Below are positions 47,708 through 57,177 of a DNA stretch of 64,000 bases, one piece after another. The notes beneath the pieces were generated by a model. The model had not been told where the DNA came from. It was given only the letters and a program-made list of their open reading frames with translations, and did not search any database. The position numbers and the translations under genes were made by a program. Source of the stretch: Clostridia bacterium (lineage in GTDB: Bacteria; Bacillota; Clostridia; Christensenellales; CAG-138); the NCBI GenBank assembly GCA_017438865.1, contig JAFRUN010000044.1, positions 18,765-82,764 of the forward strand, read 5' to 3'. How positions within the stretch are numbered: the first letter of the stretch is position 1; each line of letters starts with the position of its first letter.

Positions 47708-49764
47708 AGCAAAGGGAGACGGGGGAAAATCAAACGCAGCGGCATTCGCTGTGGCGTTCCGTACTGACAGGGATTCTGCCGGTCTTTGCGCTTGCGCTCG
47801 CCGTTTCGTTTGTGCTGCTCTGCGTCGCTTACGGCGGCGTCCGTCCGTCCGTGACGATCGAGCTGGGCGAGGATTCGCCCGAGGTCGACGCATTTCTGAG
47901 AAAGGATTTTTCCGATGCGGAATACCTGTCCGCGCCGGAGGCGCACTATACGTCCGCGGGCAATTATCCGGTGCGCGTCTATGCGGACGGACGCACCGTT
48001 CCGGCGGTCCTGAAGGTCCGTGACACGCAGCCGCCGGCTGCGGCGGGAATCGATACGACCGTTCCCGCGGGGAAGGCGCTTTCGCCGGACCGGCTGATCC
48101 GGAACCTGCGCGACGGCAGCGTTGTCAAGGTCACATATGAATCCAGGCCGGATTTCGACGCCGTCGGCGATTACGAAGCGGTCATTCTTCTGGAGGATGC
48201 GAGCGGAAACAGCTCGCGCGTCTTTTCAACGGTGCATGTGCGTACCGTCAGGGACGAGGTGATCGCGGAGGCGGGCGGTCCCGCGCCGGACGCGGACGCG
48301 TTTCTGGTCGGCGCATATGCCGACATAACGCTTTCGCCGATCACCGACGCCATGCTGCGTGAGCCGGGCGAATACCCGATCCGCATCACGACGGACGGGA
48401 TCGAAGCAGAAAGCCGTCTTATCGTGCGCGACACGGTCCCGCCGCAGGGCGAGGGCGTCACGTTCATCGCCGCGCCGGGCGAACAGATCCGTCCGGAACA
48501 GCTTGTGACCGGCATCGTCGACGAGACCGAGGTGACCGCGTCGTTCCTTTCGGAGCCGGATCCCGACAGTCTGGATTCGCAGACGGTCGGCGTAGTCCTG
48601 ACCGACCGCGGCGGCAATGAAACGACGGTGTACGCGACGCTGCTGTTTACAAACGTAAAGCCGGTCGAGATCGAGGCGCGCACCGCGCAGCTCGATATTT
48701 CCGAACTTCTCGAAGAGGGGACGTATACCGAAGCGTCGCTGGATCCGTTCATCCCGGACGATCCCGGCCTGCATGTGCTTGCGGTCACGATCGACGGAAA
48801 GCGCAACCTCGCGCTGGTCGAGGTCCGCGACACGACGCCGCCCGAGATCAAAACGGTCAACGCCAAACGGTATCTGAACACGCCGGTCGACGCGGCGGCG
48901 CTTGTGAGCGTTACGGACCCGACGGAAACGGAGATCAGCTTCGTTTCGGAGCCGGACTGGACGAAGGAAAAACAGGAGGTGACGGTCGCCGCGACCGATT
49001 CGAGCGGCAACCGCAGCGAAAAGACCTTCACGCTGAAGCTGGTCGCCGATACCGAACCGCCGCATCTGTACGGCGTGAACGACCGCTACTGCTATACCGG
49101 CGAGCCGGTCGCGTACTTTGCCGAGGTCTATGCATGGGACGAATGCGACGGCGAAGTCGACGTGCAGGTCGACGCCTCGAAGGTCAACAGCGAAAAGTCC
49201 GGGGATTATCCCGTGTTCTATACCGCAACGGACAAGGCGGGCAATACGGCGCGTAAAACGGTGTTCTTCCGGTTTGTGACGCCGCAGGTCGACGAACAGC
49301 GCGCGCAGGAGGTCGCGGACAAATACATCGCGAAGATCCTGACCGACGATATGACGCTTGCCGAGCAGATCGAAGCGATCTATAACTACATCTTCAAAAA
49401 TTTGCGCTACAGCGCCCGGTCGAACAAATGGGACTGGCGCGGCGAAGCGGTCCGCGGGCTGACGACCGGCAGGGGCGACTGCTTCACCGCCTATGCCGCG
49501 GCGCGCCTGCTGCTTGAGCAGACGGACGCGCAGGTCGTCGCCGTACAGCGGATGAGCGAGACCTCGCATCATTACTGGATGTTCGTCAATATCGGCACGG
49601 GCTGGTATCACTTCGACGCCTGCAACGCATGGTCGGGGAAGAAGCGCTGCTTTATGTGGACGGACGCGCAGACGCGCCGGATCAGCAAATCCTACTGGCG
49701 TTACGACAAAACGCTGTACCCGCCGGTTGCGACGGAGCCGTACAACGGAGGAAACGGATCATGA
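47704..49764 (+). CDS. Membrane-anchored protein with Ig-like repeats and a C-terminal transglutaminase-like domain
   Basis: N-terminal TM; repeated VRDTxPP / DxxGN Ig-like units; triad GDCF, HYW, WYHFD. Confidence 0.85.
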   Translation: MKQRETGENQTQRHSLWRSVLTGILPVFALALAVSFVLLCVAYGGVRPSVTIELGEDSPEVDAFLRKDFSDAEYLSAPEAHYTSAGNYPVRVYADGRTVPAVLKVRDTQPPAAAGIDTTVPAGKALSPDRLIRNLRDGSVVKVTYESRPDFDAVGDYEAVILLEDASGNSSRVFSTVHVRTVRDEVIAEAGGPAPDADAFLVGAYADITLSPITDAMLREPGEYPIRITTDGIEAESRLIVRDTVPPQGEGVTFIAAPGEQIRPEQLVTGIVDETEVTASFLSEPDPDSLDSQTVGVVLTDRGGNETTVYATLLFTNVKPVEIEARTAQLDISELLEEGTYTEASLDPFIPDDPGLHVLAVTIDGKRNLALVEVRDTTPPEIKTVNAKRYLNTPVDAAALVSVTDPTETEISFVSEPDWTKEKQEVTVAATDSSGNRSEKTFTLKLVADTEPPHLYGVNDRYCYTGEPVAYFAEVYAWDECDGEVDVQVDASKVNSEKSGDYPVFYTATDKAGNTARKTVFFRFVTPQVDEQRAQEVADKYIAKILTDDMTLAEQIEAIYNYIFKNLRYSARSNKWDWRGEAVRGLTTGRGDCFTAYAAARLLLEQTDAQVVAVQRMSETSHHYWMFVNIGTGWYHFDACNAWSGKKRCFMWTDAQTRRISKSYWRYDKTLYPPVATEPYNGGNGS

Positions 49765-51254
49765 AATCGGTGCTTGACGATCTGAAAAAACAGGCGGCGC
49801 TGCGTCCGGATCAGATGATGTTTTGGGATGAGTCGGAAACGCTGACGTTTGCGGACGCCGCTGCGCGGTCCGACGCAATCGGCAGCGCGCTTTTAAGCCG
49901 GCGGGCGAACCGCGAGCCGGTGCTGGTGTTCATGCGCCGCGGCGGGGCGATGATCGCCGCGTTTTTCGGCGTGTGGAAGGCGAACTGCTTCTATGTGCCG
50001 GTCGACGCCGAAATGGGTGAGGCGCGCATCCGGTCCATCGTCGAACGGGTGCAGCCGCGGTTTGCGATCGCGGACGGCTCCGCCGATCCGCTGCTCTCCT
50101 CCTGCGGGTTTGCGGGCGAACGGCTCGACGCAAACGCGATCCTTTCAAAACCGGTCGATCCCGATGCGCTGGGAGCGGCGGAACGGGCGATGCTCGATTC
50201 CGATCCGGCGTATCTCGTATTTACAAGCGGCAGCACCGGCGCGCCGAAGGGCGTCGTGGGCGTGCACCGCGCGGTGCTCGATTATGCGGAGCAGATTACA
50301 AAAACGCTTCGCGCCGACGAGACCGACGTGTTCGGTATGCAGGCGCCGCTGTATGTGGATGCGTGTCTGAAAGAGATCCTGTCCGCACTGCGCTGCGGCT
50401 CGCGCGTGGTGCTCGTTCCGAAAAAGCTGTTTCTGACGCCGGTCCCGCTGACGGAGTTTCTGAACGCGCACCGCGTCACGACGCTGTGCTGGGTGGTTCC
50501 CGCGCTGACGCTGATCTCCGCGCTGCATACGTTCGACGCGGTCGTGCCGCAGTATCTGAAGACCGTTGCGTTCGGCAGCGAGGTCATGCCGCCGAAGCAG
50601 CTTAAAATCTGGCGCGACCATGTTCCCGCGCGATATCTCAATCTGTACGGGCCGACCGAATGCACGGGTATGTCCTGCTTCTACGAGGTCGACCGCGATT
50701 TTTCGGACGGCGACCGGATTCCGATCGGGCACGCATTCGACAATACCGAACTCTTTCTGATCGACGAAAACGGAAACCGCGCGAACGAGGGCGAGATTTT
50801 GATCCGCGGAACGGCGGTATGTCACGGCTATTTCCGCGATCCCGAACGCACCGCGGCGGCGTTTGTGCAGAATCCGTTGAATCCCGATTATCCGGAAACG
50901 GTGTACCGCACCGGCGATCTCGGACGGATCAACGACCGCGGCGAGCTGGAGTTTCTCGGCCGCAAAGACGATCAGATCAAGCATATGGGGCACCGCATCG
51001 AGCTCGGCGAGCTGGAAGCGGCGGCAAAGACCGTCGAGGGGATCGATGCCGCCTGCGCGGTATTCGACCGCGGGCGAAGCGTATTGGGACTGGTGTATGC
51101 CGGCGCTGCGGAAAAGGCGGAGCTGCTTGCGGCGCTGCGCAAAAAACTCCCCGAATACCTGCTGCCGAAGCAGACCGTGCGCGTCGACGCGCTGCCGCTG
51201 ACCGAAAACGGCAAGACCGACCGGAAGGCGGCGTGTGCAATGCTGTACCGATAG
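49761..51254 (+). CDS. Stand-alone amino-acid adenylation enzyme (DltA-like)
   Basis: FTSGSTGAPKG, NLYGPTE, YRTGD, GHRIELGE, LTENGKTDR. Confidence 0.92.
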   Translation: MKSVLDDLKKQAALRPDQMMFWDESETLTFADAAARSDAIGSALLSRRANREPVLVFMRRGGAMIAAFFGVWKANCFYVPVDAEMGEARIRSIVERVQPRFAIADGSADPLLSSCGFAGERLDANAILSKPVDPDALGAAERAMLDSDPAYLVFTSGSTGAPKGVVGVHRAVLDYAEQITKTLRADETDVFGMQAPLYVDACLKEILSALRCGSRVVLVPKKLFLTPVPLTEFLNAHRVTTLCWVVPALTLISALHTFDAVVPQYLKTVAFGSEVMPPKQLKIWRDHVPARYLNLYGPTECTGMSCFYEVDRDFSDGDRIPIGHAFDNTELFLIDENGNRANEGEILIRGTAVCHGYFRDPERTAAAFVQNPLNPDYPETVYRTGDLGRINDRGELEFLGRKDDQIKHMGHRIELGELEAAAKTVEGIDAACAVFDRGRSVLGLVYAGAAEKAELLAALRKKLPEYLLPKQTVRVDALPLTENGKTDRKAACAMLYR

Positions 51255-51262
51255 GAGGGGCT

Positions 51263-51496
51263 ATGGAAAAGCTGCTGGATATTTTAAGGGAGCTGCATCC
51301 CGAAACGGACTTTGAGACGGAGACGCGTCTCGTCGACGGCGGCGTTCTTTCCTCGTTCGATATCGTGATGCTGATCACGCGGATCGAGGAGGAGTTCGAC
51401 GTCGTGATCCCGGCAAGGGATATCGTTCCGGAACACTTCAATTCCGCAAAGGCGCTTTATACGCTGATCGAAAAAATCTCGGAGCAGGACGACTGA
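51263..51496 (+). CDS. Carrier protein (DltC-like ACP)
   Basis: GVLSSFDIVML, EEEFDVVI, EHFNS; RBS AGGAGG; 77 aa. Confidence 0.9.
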   Translation: MEKLLDILRELHPETDFETETRLVDGGVLSSFDIVMLITRIEEEFDVVIPARDIVPEHFNSAKALYTLIEKISEQDD

Positions 51497-53073
51497 TGCT
51501 GTTCACGTCGTGGGCGTTTCTTCTGTTTCTGGCAGTACTCGTGCCCGTGTACTTTCTGGTGCCGAAACGGATCCAATGGATCGTGCTTTTGCTCTTCAAC
51601 GCGGTTTTCGTCTGCGCTGCGGGGGTTCTCGGCGCGGTCTTCATGGTCGTGACGATCGGCACGGTGTACGCGGCGTCGCGCGCGATCGACGCGCTGTATT
51701 CCCGTCAGCGCGAGACGCTTGCAGCCATAAAGGAAACGCACACGAAGGAGGAACGGAAACAGACGCGCCTGCGGTTCGAAAAACGCCGGCGGCTCGTTCT
51801 GATCGCGTGTCTCGCCGTCAATTTCGGCATCCTGTTCGTGCTGAAATACGGCGCGATGATCGGGCGCTTCTCCGCGGCGCTGTTCGGTACGCGCGCGTTC
51901 GGGCAGGATCTTGCGCTCACGATGGGCATTTCGTTCTATACGTTTTCCACGGTCGGGTACCTGCTTGACGTATACCGCGAAACGATCCCGGCGGAAAAAA
52001 ACCCCCTGAAGCTCGCGCTGTTCACCTCGTTTTTCCCGCTTCTGGTGCAGGGACCGATCACGCGCTTTGAAACGGTCGGACGAGCTTTACTCGAACCGCA
52101 TTCGTTCGACGGACAGCGGTTTTTGTCGGCAGGTCTTCGCATCGCGTGGGGGTACTGGAAAAAGCTGATCGTCGCCGACCGGCTGCTCGTTGCGGTCAAG
52201 GCGCTCTGCGCGCGACCGGACGTGTATCGCGGGGATTTTATCCTTGTCGAAATGCTCCTCTACGCCGCGTGCCTCTATGCAGATTTCACGGGCGGCGTCG
52301 ACATCACGATCGGCGTGGGCGAACTGCTGGGCGTCCGGATCGAGGAAAACTTCCTGCGCCCGTATTTTTCCAAGAGCATCTCCGAATACTGGCGGCGCTG
52401 GCACATCACGCTCGGCGAATGGTTCAAGCGCTACGTCTATTATCCGCTGTCGGTTTCTAAACCGATGCGCGCGCTGTCGAAGGGCACACGGAAACTCGGC
52501 GCCGGCGTTTCGCGGCGCGTTCCGGTATATCTGGCGACGCTGCTCGTATGGGCGCTGACCGGCGCGTGGCACGGCAGCAGACCGACGTTCCTCGTCTGGG
52601 GACTTTTGAACGGCGCGGTGATCCTGATCTCCGAGGAGCTGAAGCCGCTTTACGCGCGGTTTCATAAGCGCTCTCCGCGGCTTACAGCGAGCGCGTTTTA
52701 CCGCGGGTTTACCGTGATCCGCACGGTGCTGCTGCTGTCATCGCTGCGCATCCTCGACTGCTACGGCACGATAAAGGAAGCGTTTTCGTCCTTTTTCTCG
52801 ATGTTCACAACGTGGAACTGGGGCGCGGTGTTCCGCGGCGGGATCCAATCGCTGGGGCTTTCGTATACCGACTATGCGATCGCCGGTCTCGGCGTGATCG
52901 CGATGTTCGCGCTGTCGATGACGCAGCGAAAGGGCGCGATCCGGCTGCGCATCCGAAAACGCGGAACGGTGTTTTCCGTCTGCATGCTGCTCGTGCTGAT
53001 CGGCACGATCCTGATCTTCGGGCGTTACGGCTTCGGCTTCGATGCGTCCCAGTTTATCTATAACCGGTTCTGA
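51496..53073 (+). CDS. MBOAT O-acyltransferase (AlgI/DltB-like) with C-terminal FIYxxF motif
   Basis: MGISFYTF, ENFLRPYFS, WRRWHITL, GAWHG; ends SQFIYNRF. Confidence 0.93.
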   Translation: MLFTSWAFLLFLAVLVPVYFLVPKRIQWIVLLLFNAVFVCAAGVLGAVFMVVTIGTVYAASRAIDALYSRQRETLAAIKETHTKEERKQTRLRFEKRRRLVLIACLAVNFGILFVLKYGAMIGRFSAALFGTRAFGQDLALTMGISFYTFSTVGYLLDVYRETIPAEKNPLKLALFTSFFPLLVQGPITRFETVGRALLEPHSFDGQRFLSAGLRIAWGYWKKLIVADRLLVAVKALCARPDVYRGDFILVEMLLYAACLYADFTGGVDITIGVGELLGVRIEENFLRPYFSKSISEYWRRWHITLGEWFKRYVYYPLSVSKPMRALSKGTRKLGAGVSRRVPVYLATLLVWALTGAWHGSRPTFLVWGLLNGAVILISEELKPLYARFHKRSPRLTASAFYRGFTVIRTVLLLSSLRILDCYGTIKEAFSSFFSMFTTWNWGAVFRGGIQSLGLSYTDYAIAGLGVIAMFALSMTQRKGAIRLRIRKRGTVFSVCMLLVLIGTILIFGRYGFGFDASQFIYNRF

Positions 53074-53074
53074 T

Positions 53075-54115
53075 ATGAAACGAGAGCTTAAAACCGCAAT
53101 CGGCATTCTGCTAGCCTGCATCGTGTTTTTCGGAGCGCTGTCCGCGCTTACGCGTCTTGCTGCGCCGAAGTATCACGACACGCTGATCGACGGGCATCTG
53201 ACCGGTGAATACTACGATGAAAAGACGGATCACGACGTGCTGTTCGTCGGCGACTGCGAGGTGTACGAGAACTTCTCGCCGGTCACGCTTTATAACGAAT
53301 ACGGCGTCACGTCCTATATCCGCGGCGGCGCGCAGCAGCTCGTCTGGCATTCGTATTATTTTCTGAAGGACGCGTTGAGGGCCGAAACGCCGAAGGTCGT
53401 CGTCTTCAACGTTCTTTCGCTGAGATACGGCGAGCCGCAGTCCGAGGCGTATAACCGCCTTGCTTTGGACGGCATGCGCTGGGGCGCCGCGAAGGTCGGT
53501 GCGATCAAAGCGAGCATGACCGGGGGCGAGGACTTCATGAGCTATGTGTTCCCGCTTCTCCGGTATCACGACCGCATCACGGCGCTGACGGCGGAGGATT
53601 TCGAATACTGGTTCAAAAAAGGCGATCCGGTTTCGTTCAAGGGCTATATGATGCACACGGGCGTCGAACCCGCCGCGGAAACGCCGCAGGAGATCTATGA
53701 ACCGAACCTGCCCGAGCAGAGCTTCGCATGGCTTGAAAAAATCGCGGCGCTGTGTGAGGAGAACGGGATCGCGCTGGTGCTGATCAAATCGCCTTCGATC
53801 TATCCGGAATGGCATCCGGAATGGGACGCCGAGATCGCGGCGTTTGCAAAGGCGCACGGAGTGCGGTATGACAACATGATCACGGAAAACGATGCGATCG
53901 GCATCGATATGCAGACCGATACCTACGATCAGGGACAGCATCTGAACGTTTACGGCGCGGAAAAGCTCTCGCGCTGGTTCGGGAAGGTCCTAAAAGAGGC
54001 ATACGGATTAAAGGATCACCGGGGCGAGGCGGCTTACGATGCGGACTACGCGGCGCTGACCGAACGGTACGAGGCGGAAAAACAGAGACAGCTTTCGGAG
54101 GAAAACGGAGCATGA
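53075..54115 (+). CDS. SGNH-like extracellular acyltransferase (DltD/AlgJ-like)
   Basis: N-terminal TM; block I FVGDCE; DQGQHLN (D..H). Confidence 0.8.
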   Translation: MKRELKTAIGILLACIVFFGALSALTRLAAPKYHDTLIDGHLTGEYYDEKTDHDVLFVGDCEVYENFSPVTLYNEYGVTSYIRGGAQQLVWHSYYFLKDALRAETPKVVVFNVLSLRYGEPQSEAYNRLALDGMRWGAAKVGAIKASMTGGEDFMSYVFPLLRYHDRITALTAEDFEYWFKKGDPVSFKGYMMHTGVEPAAETPQEIYEPNLPEQSFAWLEKIAALCEENGIALVLIKSPSIYPEWHPEWDAEIAAFAKAHGVRYDNMITENDAIGIDMQTDTYDQGQHLNVYGAEKLSRWFGKVLKEAYGLKDHRGEAAYDADYAALTERYEAEKQRQLSEENGA

Positions 54116-54648
54116 AACGAACGATACTTTTTTTGACGGCGCTGCTTATGCTTGCGGCGATCGGCTGCGGACCGGCGAAAGCAGACGATCCGAACACGGT
54201 GTTCATCGATCCGAACGCGGTGCGCGGCGGCGAGTACGGCGATCTGTACTTTGAAGCATACGGCGTGCGCTTCGGCATCTACGACGAAACGGAACAGGTC
54301 CTTTCGGCGCTGCCCGCGTACAACAGCACGTTTTCGGAACAGTCCTGCGCGTTTCCGGGTGCAGACGTCAGCTATTCGTTCGGCGGATTCCGGATCATGA
54401 CCAATGAGATCGACGGCGTCAGCCGCATTACGGGGATCTCGGTAAAGGACGACACCGTGAAAACGCCGCAGGGCCTGTATATCGGCATGTCCGAGGCGGA
54501 CGCGCGCGCGGCGTTTCCGGCGCTTCCGGAAAGCGACTGGAACGCGGAGGACGGCACGGCGCTGCTGTCGGTGATCGTGGAGGACGGCTTCGTCACGCGC
54601 ATCGAGTATTCGCCTGCGGTCGGGGAGGATGGATATGCGATTCCGTAA
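54112..54648 (+). CDS. Hypothetical lipoprotein
   Basis: Lipobox AIGC; KTPQGLYIGMS; ATGA overlap with upstream gene. Confidence 0.75.
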   Translation: MKRTILFLTALLMLAAIGCGPAKADDPNTVFIDPNAVRGGEYGDLYFEAYGVRFGIYDETEQVLSALPAYNSTFSEQSCAFPGADVSYSFGGFRIMTNEIDGVSRITGISVKDDTVKTPQGLYIGMSEADARAAFPALPESDWNAEDGTALLSVIVEDGFVTRIEYSPAVGEDGYAIP

Positions 54649-54847
54649 AACACCGAAAAAAACGTTCGACGCCGAACATTTCATACCGGCGATCCGGCAA
54701 AGCATCTGCACCGGCGAGCGCGTCGCCGGGTTTGTGAACCGCGAGACCGGCGGATTTTCCGAGGTCATGCTGATCCGCACGGAAAAGGACCTCGACGCGT
54801 TCCGCGCGCAGTACGGGATCGATGGCGCAATCAAAACGATCTATTGA
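54635..54847 (+). CDS. Small conserved hypothetical protein (SICTGE motif)
   Basis: PAIRQSICTGERVAGF...EVMLIR...FRAQYGI; RBS GGAGG; followed by terminator. Confidence 0.7.
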   Translation: MRFRKTPKKTFDAEHFIPAIRQSICTGERVAGFVNRETGGFSEVMLIRTEKDLDAFRAQYGIDGAIKTIY

Positions 54848-54883
54848 AAAAAGACTGTTCCGATTTCGGAACAGTCTTTTTTT
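54847..54883. terminator. Bidirectional terminator
   Basis: AAAAAGACTGTTCCGA-tt-TCGGAACAGTCTTTTT. Confidence 0.85.
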
Positions 54884-54894
54884 GACGGTGAAGA

Positions 54895-55362
54895 TTATCT
54901 GCCGGATTTTACAGCCGCTGTGATAACCAGTACAACGATGATGATGATCAGGATGACGAACATCACAATGCTCAGGATCAGACCGACGATCGAAACGATG
55001 CTGCCGACCTTTGCAAAGATGCCGCTGACCTTCGCTTTTTTCGCAAGCCCGGCCGGACCGATCTGATAGCCCGCTTCCCGGAATTTGCGCACCATACCTC
55101 TTGCGATCGCCGAGAAAATGATGCCGAGCAGACTCGTATACGGGTTTGTACCGAAGGCAACGCCGACGATCGAGAAGATCATCAGCGTCAGCGCCTTGGA
55201 AAAGCCGTTGTCGGAAACGGGCTCTTCCGGTGCTGCCGGCTCCGGCACGATCTCCGTGACGGGTTCTTCAACGACGGCTTCGCGCACTTCGACCGGCGCG
55301 CCGCAGTTCGGGCAGAATTTATCCGTGTTGTTCAGTTCACTGCCGCAGTTTTGACAAAACAT
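54895..55362 (-). CDS. Zinc-ribbon membrane protein
   Basis: MFCQNCG...FCPNCG, hydrophobic C-terminal helices; RBS AGGAGG. Confidence 0.85.
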   Translation of the reverse strand: MFCQNCGSELNNTDKFCPNCGAPVEVREAVVEEPVTEIVPEPAAPEEPVSDNGFSKALTLMIFSIVGVAFGTNPYTSLLGIIFSAIARGMVRKFREAGYQIGPAGLAKKAKVSGIFAKVGSIVSIVGLILSIVMFVILIIIIVVLVITAAVKSGR

Positions 55363-55385
55363 ATGAATGCCTCCTTTTGTTATTC

Positions 55386-56015
55386 TCAGAATCCAAGCGT
55401 ATCGTTGACGAGGATCACATGGATCCGATCCTTATGACGGGAATATCTGGTGACCAGGAATTGGCAGCAGATTGTGTCGGGCGATTTGCAGTTCATGCAT
55501 GTGCCGACCTTGGAACACGGCGTGGAGAGACCGAACCGCTGGGCGTTCATCGGCGCCGCGACGCTTCTGGCGCGCTTCATGGCGCTGTCGATGTCGGGGC
55601 AGACCTTGTTCATGCCGACGATGAACAGCACATGCTTCGGTCCCTGCGCAATGCAGGATACGCGGTTTGCGTTGCCGTCGATGTTGACGAGCACGCCGTC
55701 GTCGGTCATCGCATTCGCGCTCGAAAGGAAGAAATCGGCGTCGTATGCCGCCAGCAGCGCAGCGCGCGGATCATTGAACGCGCCGCGGTCGATGAAACGG
55801 TAATTTCCCGCCTTGATCGCGTCGATCAGTCCGATCTCGCGTGCGCTCACCGTTCCGCCCATCGTGACCGAGCTGCCCTCGGGGATCAGCGAAAGCGCGA
55901 TGCGCTTCGCTTCCTCGCGGTCCTTTGCATAATAGCCCGTCATGTTGCGGGATTCGAGCCCCCTGATGACCTTCTGCGCCAGTAATTCGTTGCGTTTGAC
56001 AATGTTCGGATCCAT
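55386..56015 (-). CDS. LUD-domain (lactate utilization) protein
   Basis: SSANA, NIDGNANRV, GPKHV..VGMNKV, C-terminal Cys cluster. Confidence 0.85.
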   Translation of the reverse strand: MDPNIVKRNELLAQKVIRGLESRNMTGYYAKDREEAKRIALSLIPEGSSVTMGGTVSAREIGLIDAIKAGNYRFIDRGAFNDPRAALLAAYDADFFLSSANAMTDDGVLVNIDGNANRVSCIAQGPKHVLFIVGMNKVCPDIDSAMKRARSVAAPMNAQRFGLSTPCSKVGTCMNCKSPDTICCQFLVTRYSRHKDRIHVILVNDTLGF

Positions 56016-56084
56016 GGTTTTCCCTCCGTATTCTGATACTCTATTATACCGCCGGAGCGGGCGGGCGTGTCAATCCCTTTTATA

Positions 56085-56114
56085 AAAAAGACCGCATCCC
56101 GAAGGATACGGTTT
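56085..56114 (-). terminator. Terminator after degV
   Basis: ACCGTATCC-ttcg-GGATGCGGT-CTTTTT on minus strand. Confidence 0.7.
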
Positions 56115-56122
56115 GTTCCGGC

Positions 56123-57007
56123 TTACCGTTCTTTTCCGAAGAAAAAGACGGCAACCGTGCCCGGACCGGCGTGACAGCCGATGATCGCGCCGATATAGTA
56201 GACCTCGATCTCGCCTTTGATGTGCGGAAAGCGCTCCTCAACCTGCGCTTTCAGCGCCAGCGCGTCATCGATGCAGTCGGAATGGCTGATGAAGCAGCGG
56301 CCGGAATAGTTTTCGCCGCCGTCCGCAAGCTCCGCCATTTGATCGACCAAGGCGCGAAGCGCACGCTTCTTGGTGCGCACGCGGGAATGGACCGCAAGAT
56401 GCCCCGGATGATCCATGCGCATCACTGGGCAGATGCCGAGGAGATTTCCGATCCTGCCGGCGGCGGGGGAGATGCGTCCGCCGCGCATGTAATAGGTCAG
56501 CGTGGTCGAGCAGAACAGATGCTGGATGCGAAGACGGTTGCCGATCGCCCAGTCATAGAGCTCGTCGATCGATTTGCCCTCGTCGCGCAGGTCCGCCAGC
56601 GCCTGGATCAGAAAACCGAAGCCGGACGATGCGCCGCGGGAATCGACGATCAGGAGCTTTCGTTCCGGGAACCGCTCTTTCATGATGTCGACGGAAGCAA
56701 GCGCGGCCTGAAACGTGCCGGAAAGACCGCTCGAAAGCGTAACGTGCAGGATGTCCCTGTTCTCCTCGGTAAAGAGCTTTGTAAAGTAATCGACGTAATC
56801 GGCGGTGTTGATCAGCGTCGTGACGCCGACCTCGCCTGCGCGGATACGGTCGTAAAATTCGCGGTACGGCATGGTCTTGCCGAGATCGTCCTTATAGGGA
56901 ACGCCGTCCATCGTATAGTCGCTGCAGATCATTTTCACATCCAGCGAATCCAGTTTCTCCTGCGTCAGGTCGACGGGCGAGCAGCAGCTCAGAATGTAAT
57001 CGTGCAT
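56123..57007 (-). CDS. DegV-family fatty-acid-binding protein
   Basis: LSSGLSGTFQ, VDSRGAS, RGGRIS, IGCHAGPG; RBS GAGGAGG. Confidence 0.93.
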   Translation of the reverse strand: MHDYILSCCSPVDLTQEKLDSLDVKMICSDYTMDGVPYKDDLGKTMPYREFYDRIRAGEVGVTTLINTADYVDYFTKLFTEENRDILHVTLSSGLSGTFQAALASVDIMKERFPERKLLIVDSRGASSGFGFLIQALADLRDEGKSIDELYDWAIGNRLRIQHLFCSTTLTYYMRGGRISPAAGRIGNLLGICPVMRMDHPGHLAVHSRVRTKKRALRALVDQMAELADGGENYSGRCFISHSDCIDDALALKAQVEERFPHIKGEIEVYYIGAIIGCHAGPGTVAVFFFGKER

Positions 57008-57103
57008 GATGATCCTCCTCATTCGCGCTAACTTCATATCATAGTATAGATACGGTCTCCGCGGAAAGGCAATCTATTGCAGCAAACCTGCGCTCTATCG
57101 ATG

Positions 57104-57143
57104 AAAAAAACACGGTAGAATCCGGATCCCGGACTCTACCGTG
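57104..57143 (-). terminator. Terminator after the TPM gene
   Basis: CACGGTAGA...TCTACCGTG-TTTTTTT on minus strand. Confidence 0.75.
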
Positions 57144-57177
57144 CGTGGAAAAGCAGTATTTTCAACAGGTTTTCGGC

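Noticed and set aside
49761-54115. Calling the cluster dltABCD or an NRPS
   Set aside because: Pocket residues differ from DltA, the MBOAT is the long AlgI type, and there is no condensation or thioesterase domain
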